DNA of 47,148 bases from assembly GCA_036000645.1 (NCBI GenBank), contig DASYVA010000062.1, positions 1 through 47,148 of the forward strand, given 5' to 3'. The position numbers were made by a program, and so were the translations under genes. The first letter of the stretch is position 1; the number at the start of each line of letters is the position of its first letter. Positions 40,355 through 47,148 of the stretch are shown piece by piece. The notes under the pieces were generated by a model, which was not told the origin of the DNA, made no database searches, and worked only from the letters and a program-made list of their open reading frames with translations. The DNA is from Candidatus Methylomirabilis sp. (GTDB lineage: Bacteria > Methylomirabilota > Methylomirabilia > Methylomirabilales > JACPAU01).

Positions 40355-41920
40355 ATGCCATCGTTACACCTCGAGCTCATTGACGAGGTCCGGGAGCGGC
40401 TGAGCGCCCTGGCCACCGACCTCTCCCGCCGCCTGCCGGCCTGCCGGTACCTGGACATCCGGCTGGAAGTCCGGGAAGCCCAGGAGGCCAGTGCGGAGGA
40501 CGGCCGCCCCCGGGCCTCGGGTCGCGAGGCCACCGCCGCCTTCGGCGTCCGGGTCATCGCGGGGGACCCGATGCCGGTCCCCGGATACATCGGGCGGAGC
40601 CTTGCGCCGGGCGAGACCCCCAACCTCTCCCGCCTGCTCCGGGCCGCCTGCCGCCGGGCCCACGCCAGGGCCGTGGCCGGCGCCGCGGGCAAGGCCGCCC
40701 TGCGCCGCGCCCTCCCCCGGCTCGCCCGCACGCTGGCCGATCTCCCCCTCGCTCCGATCCCGGTCCGACGGGACACTGTCCCCGCATCCTTCCGAGTCGA
40801 CCCGCGGCAGGTCCCGCTCCAGGCGGTGGCCACACTCGCCCTCGAGACCTCCCGCAGCCTGCGGGACCAGCATCCCGCCCTCGTCCACAACGCCATTCAC
40901 CTCGTGACGGAGCGAAGCCGACACTGCTTCGCCAGCTCGGAAGGGGCCTGCCTCGACCAGGGGCAGGCCCTGACCCAGGGCTGGGTCACCGTGGTCGCCG
41001 AGCGGAACGGCGTGAGCGAGGAGCTCTCCGATGTCCTCGGGCATCCCGGGGGGTGGGAGGTCCTGACCGACGGGGTCTTCACGCCCTACACCGCCCTCCC
41101 CCACTTCCCGGCCTTCACCTTCGCGCTGGCCGAGGACGCCCTCGCCCTGGCGGCGGCCCCCCCCTGCCCCACGAGTGCAGGGGAGGTGGTGATCGTCACG
41201 GACCCCCACTACAACGCACTGCTCAGCCACGAGATCGTGGGACATCCCTGCGAGGCCGACCGGGCCCTCAAGATGGAGGCCGCCTATGCCGGGCGATCCT
41301 GGCTCTTGACCGACCTCACGCGCCATCGCGTCGGGGAGCGGATCGCCTCCCCGCTGGTGACGGCCTACTCCGACCCGGCCCTGCCCGGATACGGCCAGTA
41401 CCGCTACGACCACGAGGGGACCCCCGGAACGAAGGTCGTGCACATTGACGAGGGGCTGTTCCGCGGCTTCCTCCACAGCCGGCAGACCGCGGCGCTTCTG
41501 CAGGCGGCGCCGAACGGCGCCTACACCGCGACCGCCGCGAGCCTCGTCCCCCTCATCCGGATGAACAACACCGTCTTCGGCCCCGGCCGCAGTGACCCGG
41601 CGGAGATCCTCGCCGATGTGGAGGAGGGCTACTACCTGGTCGGGCACCGCACTCCCTCCATCGCGGAGTCCCGCGAGCAGTTCCGGATCTCGGCCATGAA
41701 AGTGTACGAGATCCGCCGGGGGGAGGTGGGGCGCCTCTACCGGGACGGGGGGCTGGCCGCCGGGAGCCGCGCCTTCCTCAGCGCGGTAGACGCGGTCGGC
41801 ACCGACCTCTGCCTCTTCCCGATCCCGAACTGCGGCAAGGGCCAGCCGATGCAGACGAAGCGGGTGGGCAACGGCGGCCCGACGATGCGCAGCCGGGCCC
41901 GGCTCGTGGGAAGCGCCTGA
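40355..41920 (+). CDS. tldD: TldD-type metalloprotease subunit
   Basis: The metal motif HEIVGHPCEAD (HExxGH) and the TldD/PmbA C-terminal blocks (GYYLVG, ISAMKVYEIRRGE) are present. An Arg/Ala-rich insertion lies near the N-terminus. Confidence 0.85.
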   Translation: MPSLHLELIDEVRERLSALATDLSRRLPACRYLDIRLEVREAQEASAEDGRPRASGREATAAFGVRVIAGDPMPVPGYIGRSLAPGETPNLSRLLRAACRRAHARAVAGAAGKAALRRALPRLARTLADLPLAPIPVRRDTVPASFRVDPRQVPLQAVATLALETSRSLRDQHPALVHNAIHLVTERSRHCFASSEGACLDQGQALTQGWVTVVAERNGVSEELSDVLGHPGGWEVLTDGVFTPYTALPHFPAFTFALAEDALALAAAPPCPTSAGEVVIVTDPHYNALLSHEIVGHPCEADRALKMEAAYAGRSWLLTDLTRHRVGERIASPLVTAYSDPALPGYGQYRYDHEGTPGTKVVHIDEGLFRGFLHSRQTAALLQAAPNGAYTATAASLVPLIRMNNTVFGPGRSDPAEILADVEEGYYLVGHRTPSIAESREQFRISAMKVYEIRRGEVGRLYRDGGLAAGSRAFLSAVDAVGTDLCLFPIPNCGKGQPMQTKRVGNGGPTMRSRARLVGSA

Positions 41921-41939
41921 TCCTCGGGAGAATCCACTG

Positions 41940-43466
41940 ATGAACGGGCGGCTCACGAAGGCGGTAGGGGAAGCGCTGGCCCACCTGCGATCCCTCCCTG
42001 ACGTCCTCGAGGTGGAGGCCTACGCCTGCCGGAGCGCGCGCCTCACCGTCCGCCTGAACTACACCTCCCACCTGCCGTGCCACGGCCTGGAGGAGTCCAA
42101 GTCGGAGGAGGAGGCGGGCGTGGCGGTCCGCGCCCTCTTCCAGACGCCGGAGGGGTCCCGCGTCGGCTTCGGCTCCGCCTCCGGCCCCCCCACCGGCGCG
42201 GCCTGGGAGGAGGCCCTTGCCCGGGCCCGGCAGGGGGCCGTCGCCGATCCGGATTTCCCCGGGTTGCCGGCCGGGACGGGGGAGCGCCGGAGACTGCGAC
42301 GGCACCACGACCCCGCCCTGCTCCACCTGTCCGACGAGGCCCTGGCGGCCGCAGGCTGGCGGGTGCTCGAGGGGGCGCTCCGGACCTTCGATGCCCCCGG
42401 CGCCCTCCGCGGCGCCGAGCCTGCCGCCCTCGGGCTCATCGTGGGCGGGGACGTGACCGTCCGCCAGGAGACGATGGCCGTCGGCTCGAGCCACCTGCCC
42501 GTGGAGGCCGATACCGCGGCGTCCGCCCTGGCGAACGTCACCGCGATGGTGGAGGCCTGGGACGCCAAGGGGACGGGGGGGCAGGTGGCGGCCCGGCTCG
42601 CGGACCTGACCGAAGCCCCAGGAGTGGAGGCGGCCTCCGCTGCCCTGGCCGCCCGCGGCGGAGTCCGCGTCCCCGGTGGAGTGGTCCCGGTGATCTTCGG
42701 ACCGGCCGCCGTGGCCGACCTGCTCACCTACCTGATCCTCCCGTCGGTCTCCTTGGACCACCTCCTCCGGGGGACCTCCGCCTTCCAGGGCCAGGTGGGC
42801 CGGCAAATCGCCATGCCCGCGCTCTCCCTCGCGGACGACGGGGCCGCCCCCGGCCTGCCCGCGAGCCGCGGCATCACCTGCGAAGGGCTGCCGACGGGGC
42901 GAACCCGTCTGATCGAGCGGGGGGTCCTGGTCGGGACGCTCACGAACGCCTACGAGGCGGGGCGCGCCCTCCGCGACGCCACGGCGGCGGCCAAGCTCGG
43001 CTGCGAGCCGAAGGAGGTGCCGGAGGCGCTCGTCCCGCGCAACGGCTTCCGCCAGACGGGCGGGCTGCGCTCGGCCGAGGTTCCTCCGAGCATCGCCGCG
43101 ACGAATGTCCTACTGACGGGGGAGCCGGCGGAGCCGCTTACCGCGCTCCTGGCCCGGGTGGGGCGGGGCCTCTACCTCGGGCGCCTCTGGTACACGTACC
43201 CCATCAACGGCCTCAGGGCCGGCGACTTCACCGGGACCGCAGTGGCCGACTCGTTCCTGATCCGGGACGGGCGGCTGGCGGAACCGCTCGCCGTCAACGC
43301 GGTCCGGGTGAACGACAACATCCGGCGGCTCCTCACGGCCATCCTGGGGGTGGGTGATACGGCGAGGTCGGTGGCGGGATGGGGGGCGGACGAGGTCATC
43401 CTCGCGCCGCCGGTGGCGGTGGCCGAGGTCCCCGTCGACGCGATCAGTTCCGGCGAACCCGTCTAA
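41940..43466 (+). CDS. pmbA: TldE/PmbA-type subunit (no HExxxH)
   Basis: The protein belongs to the TldD/PmbA family (GLYLGRLWYTYPIN...GDFTGTAVADSFLIRDGRL) and lacks the metal motif. It starts 20 nt after tldD. Confidence 0.8.
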   Translation: MNGRLTKAVGEALAHLRSLPDVLEVEAYACRSARLTVRLNYTSHLPCHGLEESKSEEEAGVAVRALFQTPEGSRVGFGSASGPPTGAAWEEALARARQGAVADPDFPGLPAGTGERRRLRRHHDPALLHLSDEALAAAGWRVLEGALRTFDAPGALRGAEPAALGLIVGGDVTVRQETMAVGSSHLPVEADTAASALANVTAMVEAWDAKGTGGQVAARLADLTEAPGVEAASAALAARGGVRVPGGVVPVIFGPAAVADLLTYLILPSVSLDHLLRGTSAFQGQVGRQIAMPALSLADDGAAPGLPASRGITCEGLPTGRTRLIERGVLVGTLTNAYEAGRALRDATAAAKLGCEPKEVPEALVPRNGFRQTGGLRSAEVPPSIAATNVLLTGEPAEPLTALLARVGRGLYLGRLWYTYPINGLRAGDFTGTAVADSFLIRDGRLAEPLAVNAVRVNDNIRRLLTAILGVGDTARSVAGWGADEVILAPPVAVAEVPVDAISSGEPV

Positions 43467-44155
43467 CCCCGGACGCGGCGCCAGGTCGTCTTCAAACGCT
43501 CCGGGGTGAAGTCCGGCGCCTGGCAGGCGCCGATGATCTCCCGCTCCTGCCGCTCCACCGCGGCCGCCCCGTCCGGGATCTTCGCCGCGAGATCGAGAGG
43601 GACCTGCACGACGCCGTGGCGATCGGCATGGAGGAGATCGCCGGGCTGGACGAGCAGGCCGCCCACGCTCACGGGGCCGCCGAAGTCCACCAGGTGGACG
43701 TAGGCATGGGAGACCTGGACGTGGGCGGCGAAGAAGGCGAAGCCGAGAGCGGCGACCTCGACGAGGTCCCGCACGCCCCCGTCGGTGATGGTCCCCGCGC
43801 AGCCGAGCGCCCGGTGGATGTTGGCCTGCACCTCCCCCCAGAAGGCCCCGAGGGAGGGGCGATCCAGGTCCTGCATCACCACGACGCGCGGCTCGGGCAG
43901 GGTGAGGAGGTAGTCCCACCAGCGCTCGGGCGGGATGCGGCGTCCCTCCCCGGGGGGCCGGCCCGCCATGATGCGGGCCGTGGCGGCGTAGCCCACCAGT
44001 GGGGGCAGCTCCGGGAACATGCACCGGATCTCGGCCCGCATGAACCCCTCCGCGCGGGAGCGGTAGTTGAAGGTCTCGATGGCGTTCGCCACCGTCGGGC
44101 TCGAGAGCCGGCGGAGGTCCTCCAGAATGGCGAAGCTGAGCGGACCGGCGGGCAT
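43463..44155 (-). CDS. RraA family protein (HMG/CHA aldolase-like)
   Basis: ATG 44155 follows GAGGGAGG. Motifs: LSSPTVANAIE, GAFWGEVQA, GCAGTITDGGVRD. Confidence 0.85.
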   Translation of the reverse strand: MPAGPLSFAILEDLRRLSSPTVANAIETFNYRSRAEGFMRAEIRCMFPELPPLVGYAATARIMAGRPPGEGRRIPPERWWDYLLTLPEPRVVVMQDLDRPSLGAFWGEVQANIHRALGCAGTITDGGVRDLVEVAALGFAFFAAHVQVSHAYVHLVDFGGPVSVGGLLVQPGDLLHADRHGVVQVPLDLAAKIPDGAAAVERQEREIIGACQAPDFTPERLKTTWRRVRG

Positions 44156-44184
44156 GGGACCTCCCTCGCGCGCTGGCGGCGCGG

Positions 44185-45081
44185 CTAGCGGTAGAACGCC
44201 GCCCGGTCGCCGGCCGTCACCTCGATGGCCTTCGGGGTTCCCCCCCGCAGCAGGCTGAGGAGGACCGGTTCCCCCGGGCGGTGCTTCCACAGTTCGGTGT
44301 AGAATTCCCGGCGGCTGGTCAGGCGGACCACATCGAGGCCGATGAGGAGATCTCCTTCCCGCACGCCGGCCCGGGCGGCGGGGGAGTCCGGGATGACCCC
44401 GACCACCTGCACCCCGCCGGCCCGTCCCTGGCTGAACAGCCCGAGCCACGCCCGGGGAGGGCGGCTCAGGATCCTCCCGTGCCGGAGGAGCTCCTCCCGG
44501 TGGTCGCGGTACAGGTCCACGGGAATCGCCAGCGAGGCCCGGGCCACCTCCGCGAGATTCAGGGAGACCACGCCCAGCATCCGCCCCCTCAGGTCGCACA
44601 GGGCGCCCCCGCCGAAACCGGGGTTCGCGGCATTCGCCTTGAGCGCCCGATCCAGCATGTACTCCCAGGCCGCGTCGAAGGGGCCTACCTCAATCAGATG
44701 GCCCCCCCGGACCCGCCGGGCCGTGGGGGCGGTGCTGGCGAGGAGGAAAACCGGTTGCCCCGGTGCCGCTGCTGCCGCTTCCCCCAGGGGGGCGGGCGGG
44801 CCGAGGCCCCGGGGGACCTTCACGAGCGCGAGCCCGCTGTCGAAATCCCGCGCCACCACCTCTCCAGTTGCCTGGCGGCCGTGCGGCCCGGTGACGGTGA
44901 CGCCAGCGGCCCCGAGGGTGACGGAGTTCACCGTGAGGACCAGGTCCGCCTCGACCAGCGTCCCCGAGCCCATCCGCTCCGTCCCGAGGGGAACGACGGA
45001 GGGGTGGCTCGCCGGGACGGTCACCTCGAGGTGCACGCTCGACGGGACAACCTGCTGCGCCAACTGAGGAGCCGCATCCAT
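44185..45081 (-). CDS. HtrA/DegP-like trypsin-fold + PDZ protein lacking the catalytic triad (paralogue 2)
   Basis: ATG 45081 follows GGAGGGG. The N-terminus MDAAPQL aligns with MDAPPDL of paralogue 1. LVLTVNSVTLG (His->Ser), DSGLALVKV (Asp->Gly), ANPGFGGGALCD (Ser->Gly). The PDZ is GVIPDSPAARAGVREGDLL. Confidence 0.85.
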   Translation of the reverse strand: MDAAPQLAQQVVPSSVHLEVTVPASHPSVVPLGTERMGSGTLVEADLVLTVNSVTLGAAGVTVTGPHGRQATGEVVARDFDSGLALVKVPRGLGPPAPLGEAAAAAPGQPVFLLASTAPTARRVRGGHLIEVGPFDAAWEYMLDRALKANAANPGFGGGALCDLRGRMLGVVSLNLAEVARASLAIPVDLYRDHREELLRHGRILSRPPRAWLGLFSQGRAGGVQVVGVIPDSPAARAGVREGDLLIGLDVVRLTSRREFYTELWKHRPGEPVLLSLLRGGTPKAIEVTAGDRAAFYR

Positions 45082-45766
45082 GGCCGCTGCCCCTCCGCCC
45101 CGCCGCGCACGACGGGCCCTGGACATCAACACGATCGTCCGGACGTTGAAGCGGGCTGTCCGCGCCTGGGCCCCGCCCGCCGTCGCCCAGGTCCAGGCAG
45201 ATCGCCCCGACCCATTCCGGGTCCTGGTCTCCTGCCTGCTCAGCCTCCGGACTAAGGATGCCGTGACCGAGGCGGCATCCCGGCGCCTCTTCGCCCTGGC
45301 CGACACGCCCGCCGCAATCCTCGCCCTGCCCCGCCGGACCATCGAGCGGACCATCTACCCGGTGTGTTTCTACCGGGTGAAGGCCCGCACCCTCCAGGAG
45401 GTCTCGCGGGATCTCCTGACCCGCTTCGGCGGCAGGGTCCCCGACACCCTGGAAGACCTGCTCACGCTGAAGGGGGTGGGGCGAAAGACGGCCAACCTGG
45501 TGGTGACGGTAGGCTACAACAAGGCTGGCATCTGCGTCGACACCCACGTCCATCGGATCAGCAACCGGTGGGGCTACGTCCGGACGAAAACCCCGGAGGC
45601 GACGGAGGAAGCCCTGCGGGCCACCCTTCCCCGGAGGCACTGGATCTCCTTCAACGACCTCCTCGTCCCCTTCGGCCAGAACTGCTGCAAGCCGATCTCC
45701 CCCCTCTGCAGCCAGTGCCCGGTCGAGGCCCACTGCGCCAAGGTGGGTGTGACCCACCACCGCTAG
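45080..45766 (+). CDS. nth: endonuclease III (DNA glycosylase/AP lyase)
   Basis: ATG 45080 lies 8 nt after GAGGAG. Motifs: the HhH-GPD LKGVGRKTANLV, VDTHV.R, and the 4Fe-4S ligands CKPISPLCSQCPVEAHC. Confidence 0.93.
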   Translation: MAAAPPPRRARRALDINTIVRTLKRAVRAWAPPAVAQVQADRPDPFRVLVSCLLSLRTKDAVTEAASRRLFALADTPAAILALPRRTIERTIYPVCFYRVKARTLQEVSRDLLTRFGGRVPDTLEDLLTLKGVGRKTANLVVTVGYNKAGICVDTHVHRISNRWGYVRTKTPEATEEALRATLPRRHWISFNDLLVPFGQNCCKPISPLCSQCPVEAHCAKVGVTHHR

Positions 45767-45804
45767 CCTCGCTTGCTCACCAGGGGCGACGGCTCCAGCA
45801 ATCG

Positions 45805-45833
45805 TTGACAAGTAGTTGCAAATTCGCGAGGAT
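45805..45833 (+). promoter_or_regulatory. possible promoter in the lower-GC spacer before the cupin gene
   Basis: TTGACA (45805-45810), 17 nt spacer, GAGGAT (45828-45833). A second TTGACC lies at 45853-45858. Both have weak -10 boxes. Confidence 0.25.
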
Positions 45834-46013
45834 CTCGCCTGCCGTAAGAATCTTGACCGTTGGGATATGCTGACCACCATACTCAATAGATGCGCCGACG
45901 CTCGCGGCCTCCGGGTCGCTCGCTGTCGGCGCATCGGGGCGGCGGCTCTCGCCCGCCGCCCCGTTAGGCGTCAGGCAGTAAGTTCGCAACAGCAGGGAAA
46001 CCAAGGAGGCCAC

Positions 46014-46613
46014 ATGAAACGGATTCTCGTCGCTCTGATCGTGGTTTTGGCATCGGGATTATGGTCATTGCCATCGACGGCGATCGCCCAGCAGCCGCTT
46101 GTCATCAAGGCGAAGGCCGAAAAGAAAGTCGCGGAGTTGCCGGCTGGACCGCTCTTCTGGCGGATAGAGAACTTTACTGCGCTCGCGCACGCGCGGGCCG
46201 CCGCGGGCCCCTGGGCGTTGGTCGCCGAGTCGGCGGGCAAAGTCTGGCTCTTCACGCTCGGCCCGGCGGGTGGGTCATCCGCGGGCGGCACTACGGTTGC
46301 GGAATTGGGACCAATCCCCCGGATCGTTGCACCACAGTATCTCCTTCGGATCAACGAAGCCAGCGGCCCGCCGGGCAGCATTACGCCCGTGCATACTCAT
46401 CCGGGCTCCGAGGCATTCTTCGTGCTGGCCGGGGAGCAAAGCATCCGGAGTCCCCACGGGGTGATGCGTGTCAAGGTTGGCCAGCCCGAAGCGGGTCAGG
46501 GTGCCAATATGCCTATGCAGGTCTCGAGCAGCGGCTCGACGGATCTGCACGCCCTGGTGATGTTTGTGGTGGACGCCACCAAACCGTTTTCATCTCCGGC
46601 CACTTTTCCGTGA
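46014..46613 (+). CDS. secreted cupin-domain protein
   Basis: AAGGAGG lies 4 nt before ATG 46014. The Sec signal is MKRILVALIVVLASGLWSLPSTAIA/QQ. The cupin motif is VHTHPGSEAFFVLAGE. Codon usage is atypical, including TTA, TTG and ATA codons. Confidence 0.75.
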   Translation: MKRILVALIVVLASGLWSLPSTAIAQQPLVIKAKAEKKVAELPAGPLFWRIENFTALAHARAAAGPWALVAESAGKVWLFTLGPAGGSSAGGTTVAELGPIPRIVAPQYLLRINEASGPPGSITPVHTHPGSEAFFVLAGEQSIRSPHGVMRVKVGQPEAGQGANMPMQVSSSGSTDLHALVMFVVDATKPFSSPATFP

Positions 46614-46664
46614 GTGTCAGCGCCCGAAATCGTCCCGACCGTTTCCGGCCTTCGAGGGCTTGCC

Positions 46665-47148
46665 CTAGATCTTCTTCCGGAACGGCGCCGCGTAGCCCGT
46701 CATCTCCACGTAGCCCTGCCCCCGCACAGTCTGCCCGGCCCGCTCCCCCGTGACCCGCACACCCCCCTCCCAGTAGATGACCTGGGTGCTCTTCGCCGTG
46801 TCCAGTTCCTGGTCTGGGAAGAGGGGCGTGAGGGTGAGAGTCAGGGCCGATCCCGGGACGCGGATCCGCCAGCCCATGGGGTAGATCCCCCCGCTCCGCG
46901 GGCTCCTCCAGCGGCCGAGGGGCTCGACGGCAAACTCGGCAAGGGCGAGGGCGCGGGCCGTCCCGTCGGGGGCGACGAGCGTCCCGCTCGAGAAGGGATC
47001 GGGGCGCCCGTCCCGGTGGCGGATGAGGTAAAGCATGAGATCCGTCCCGTCCTCGAGCTGGACGCTGAACCAGTCCCACCCCACCTGCTCGGGCGACAGC
47101 TCCGTCGAGCCGAACTCGTGGTCCATCCAGGCGAGGCCGGTGACGGGC
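46665..47148 (-). CDS. AttH-like / lipocalin-like domain protein (CrtC-related), C-terminal part; 5' end outside window
   Basis: The frame stays open to the window edge (PVTGLAWMDHEFGS...). Motifs: GWDWFSVQLEDGTDLMLY, YPMGWRI, DQEL, YWEGGVRVTG, GYVEMTGY. Confidence 0.7.
   Translation of the reverse strand, partial: PVTGLAWMDHEFGSTELSPEQVGWDWFSVQLEDGTDLMLYLIRHRDGRPDPFSSGTLVAPDGTARALALAEFAVEPLGRWRSPRSGGIYPMGWRIRVPGSALTLTLTPLFPDQELDTAKSTQVIYWEGGVRVTGERAGQTVRGQGYVEMTGYAAPFRKKI

Noticed and set aside
40342-40383. A 13-codon upstream mini-ORF (MGTADAIVTPRAH) with a GGGGGAG SD, overlapping the tldD start. I considered it as a leader peptide.
   Set aside because: It would start at or before the predicted transcription start from the TATAAT at 40326. 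It is too short, and there is no supporting evidence.
46469-46474. A CCTTGACAC motif on the minus strand inside the cupin gene, considered as a possible antisense promoter.
   Set aside because: No -10-like hexamer lies 16-19 nt downstream (the sequence there reads ACTCCG). This is most likely a chance occurrence in coding sequence (MRVKVG).
1-47148. Search for CRISPR arrays, tandem or interspersed repeats, IS elements, integrases, prophage or classical defence-system genes.
   Set aside because: I saw no direct-repeat/spacer periodicity, no transposase, recombinase or phage-like protein motifs, and no restriction, Cas, abortive-infection or similar signatures in any frame. The only duplicated sequences are diverged paralogues (two HtrA-like genes, three SDRs, two MFS, two Nudix).

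Overview
This is a 47,148-nt bacterial chromosomal segment. It is very G+C-rich (roughly 70% by eye, with third codon positions almost all G/C) and gene-dense. I call 54 protein-coding genes, one cut at each window edge, many with 1-4 nt start/stop overlaps. I saw no rRNA, tRNA, CRISPR array, transposase, integrase or phage genes. The many long ORFs in the six-frame track that run antisense to these genes are high-GC artefacts. All functional calls come from reading motifs by eye; no searches were run.

Gene content in order:
- Type IV pilus minor components: a PilW-like fragment and a large PilX_N protein.
- A lipoprotein.
- A YqeB-family protein, an AtzG-like (DUF4089) small protein, an AtzE/GatA-type amidase and an Smr protein.
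- A PflX-type radical SAM enzyme.
- A DUF155-like protein translationally coupled to cysteine synthase.
- A long minus-strand array (MaoC dehydratase, DUF3891, S66 LD-carboxypeptidase/MccF-like, two overlapping micro-ORFs, two SDRs, GTP-PEPCK, orphan LivM) that is divergent from a Memo-family gene.
- An RRM RNA-binding protein, an aquaporin and a DHH phosphoesterase.
- A DUF1802 / O-methyltransferase / Lon-N operon, then an MFS transporter.
- An arsenic-type operon: Cys-rich MarR, ArsM::ArsN2 fusion, Tat-DUF362, small membrane protein.
- A PPP phosphatase with a zinc-ribbon protein, then a cold-shock protein.
- An 11-gene minus-strand array: ABC-2 exporter, two Nudix, M24 peptidase, HtrA-like PDZ protein, metallophosphoesterase, PIG-L deacetylase, SDR, MFS.
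- An FAH hydrolase, an NMT1-type binding protein, TldD/TldE, an RraA-like protein, a second HtrA-like PDZ protein and endonuclease III.
- A secreted cupin in a lower-GC patch, and an AttH-like fragment.

Most notable candidates:
1. A Memo-family enzyme with an N-terminal PqqD/RRE-like domain, facing an operon that holds an S66 peptidase and two micro-ORFs. One micro-ORF is below the ORF-track size cutoff.
2. A single-ORF ArsM::ArsN2 fusion controlled by a cysteine-rich MarR with an AT-rich palindromic operator.
3. Two paralogous HtrA/PDZ proteins that appear to have lost all three catalytic-triad residues, plus an SDR lacking Ser-Tyr-Lys.
4. Canonical intrinsic-terminator hairpins inside the 5' leaders of both RNA-chaperone genes (rbp and csp).
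5. A 421-nt non-coding stretch with a 62-nt nested hairpin and U-tract upstream of the ABC exporter.
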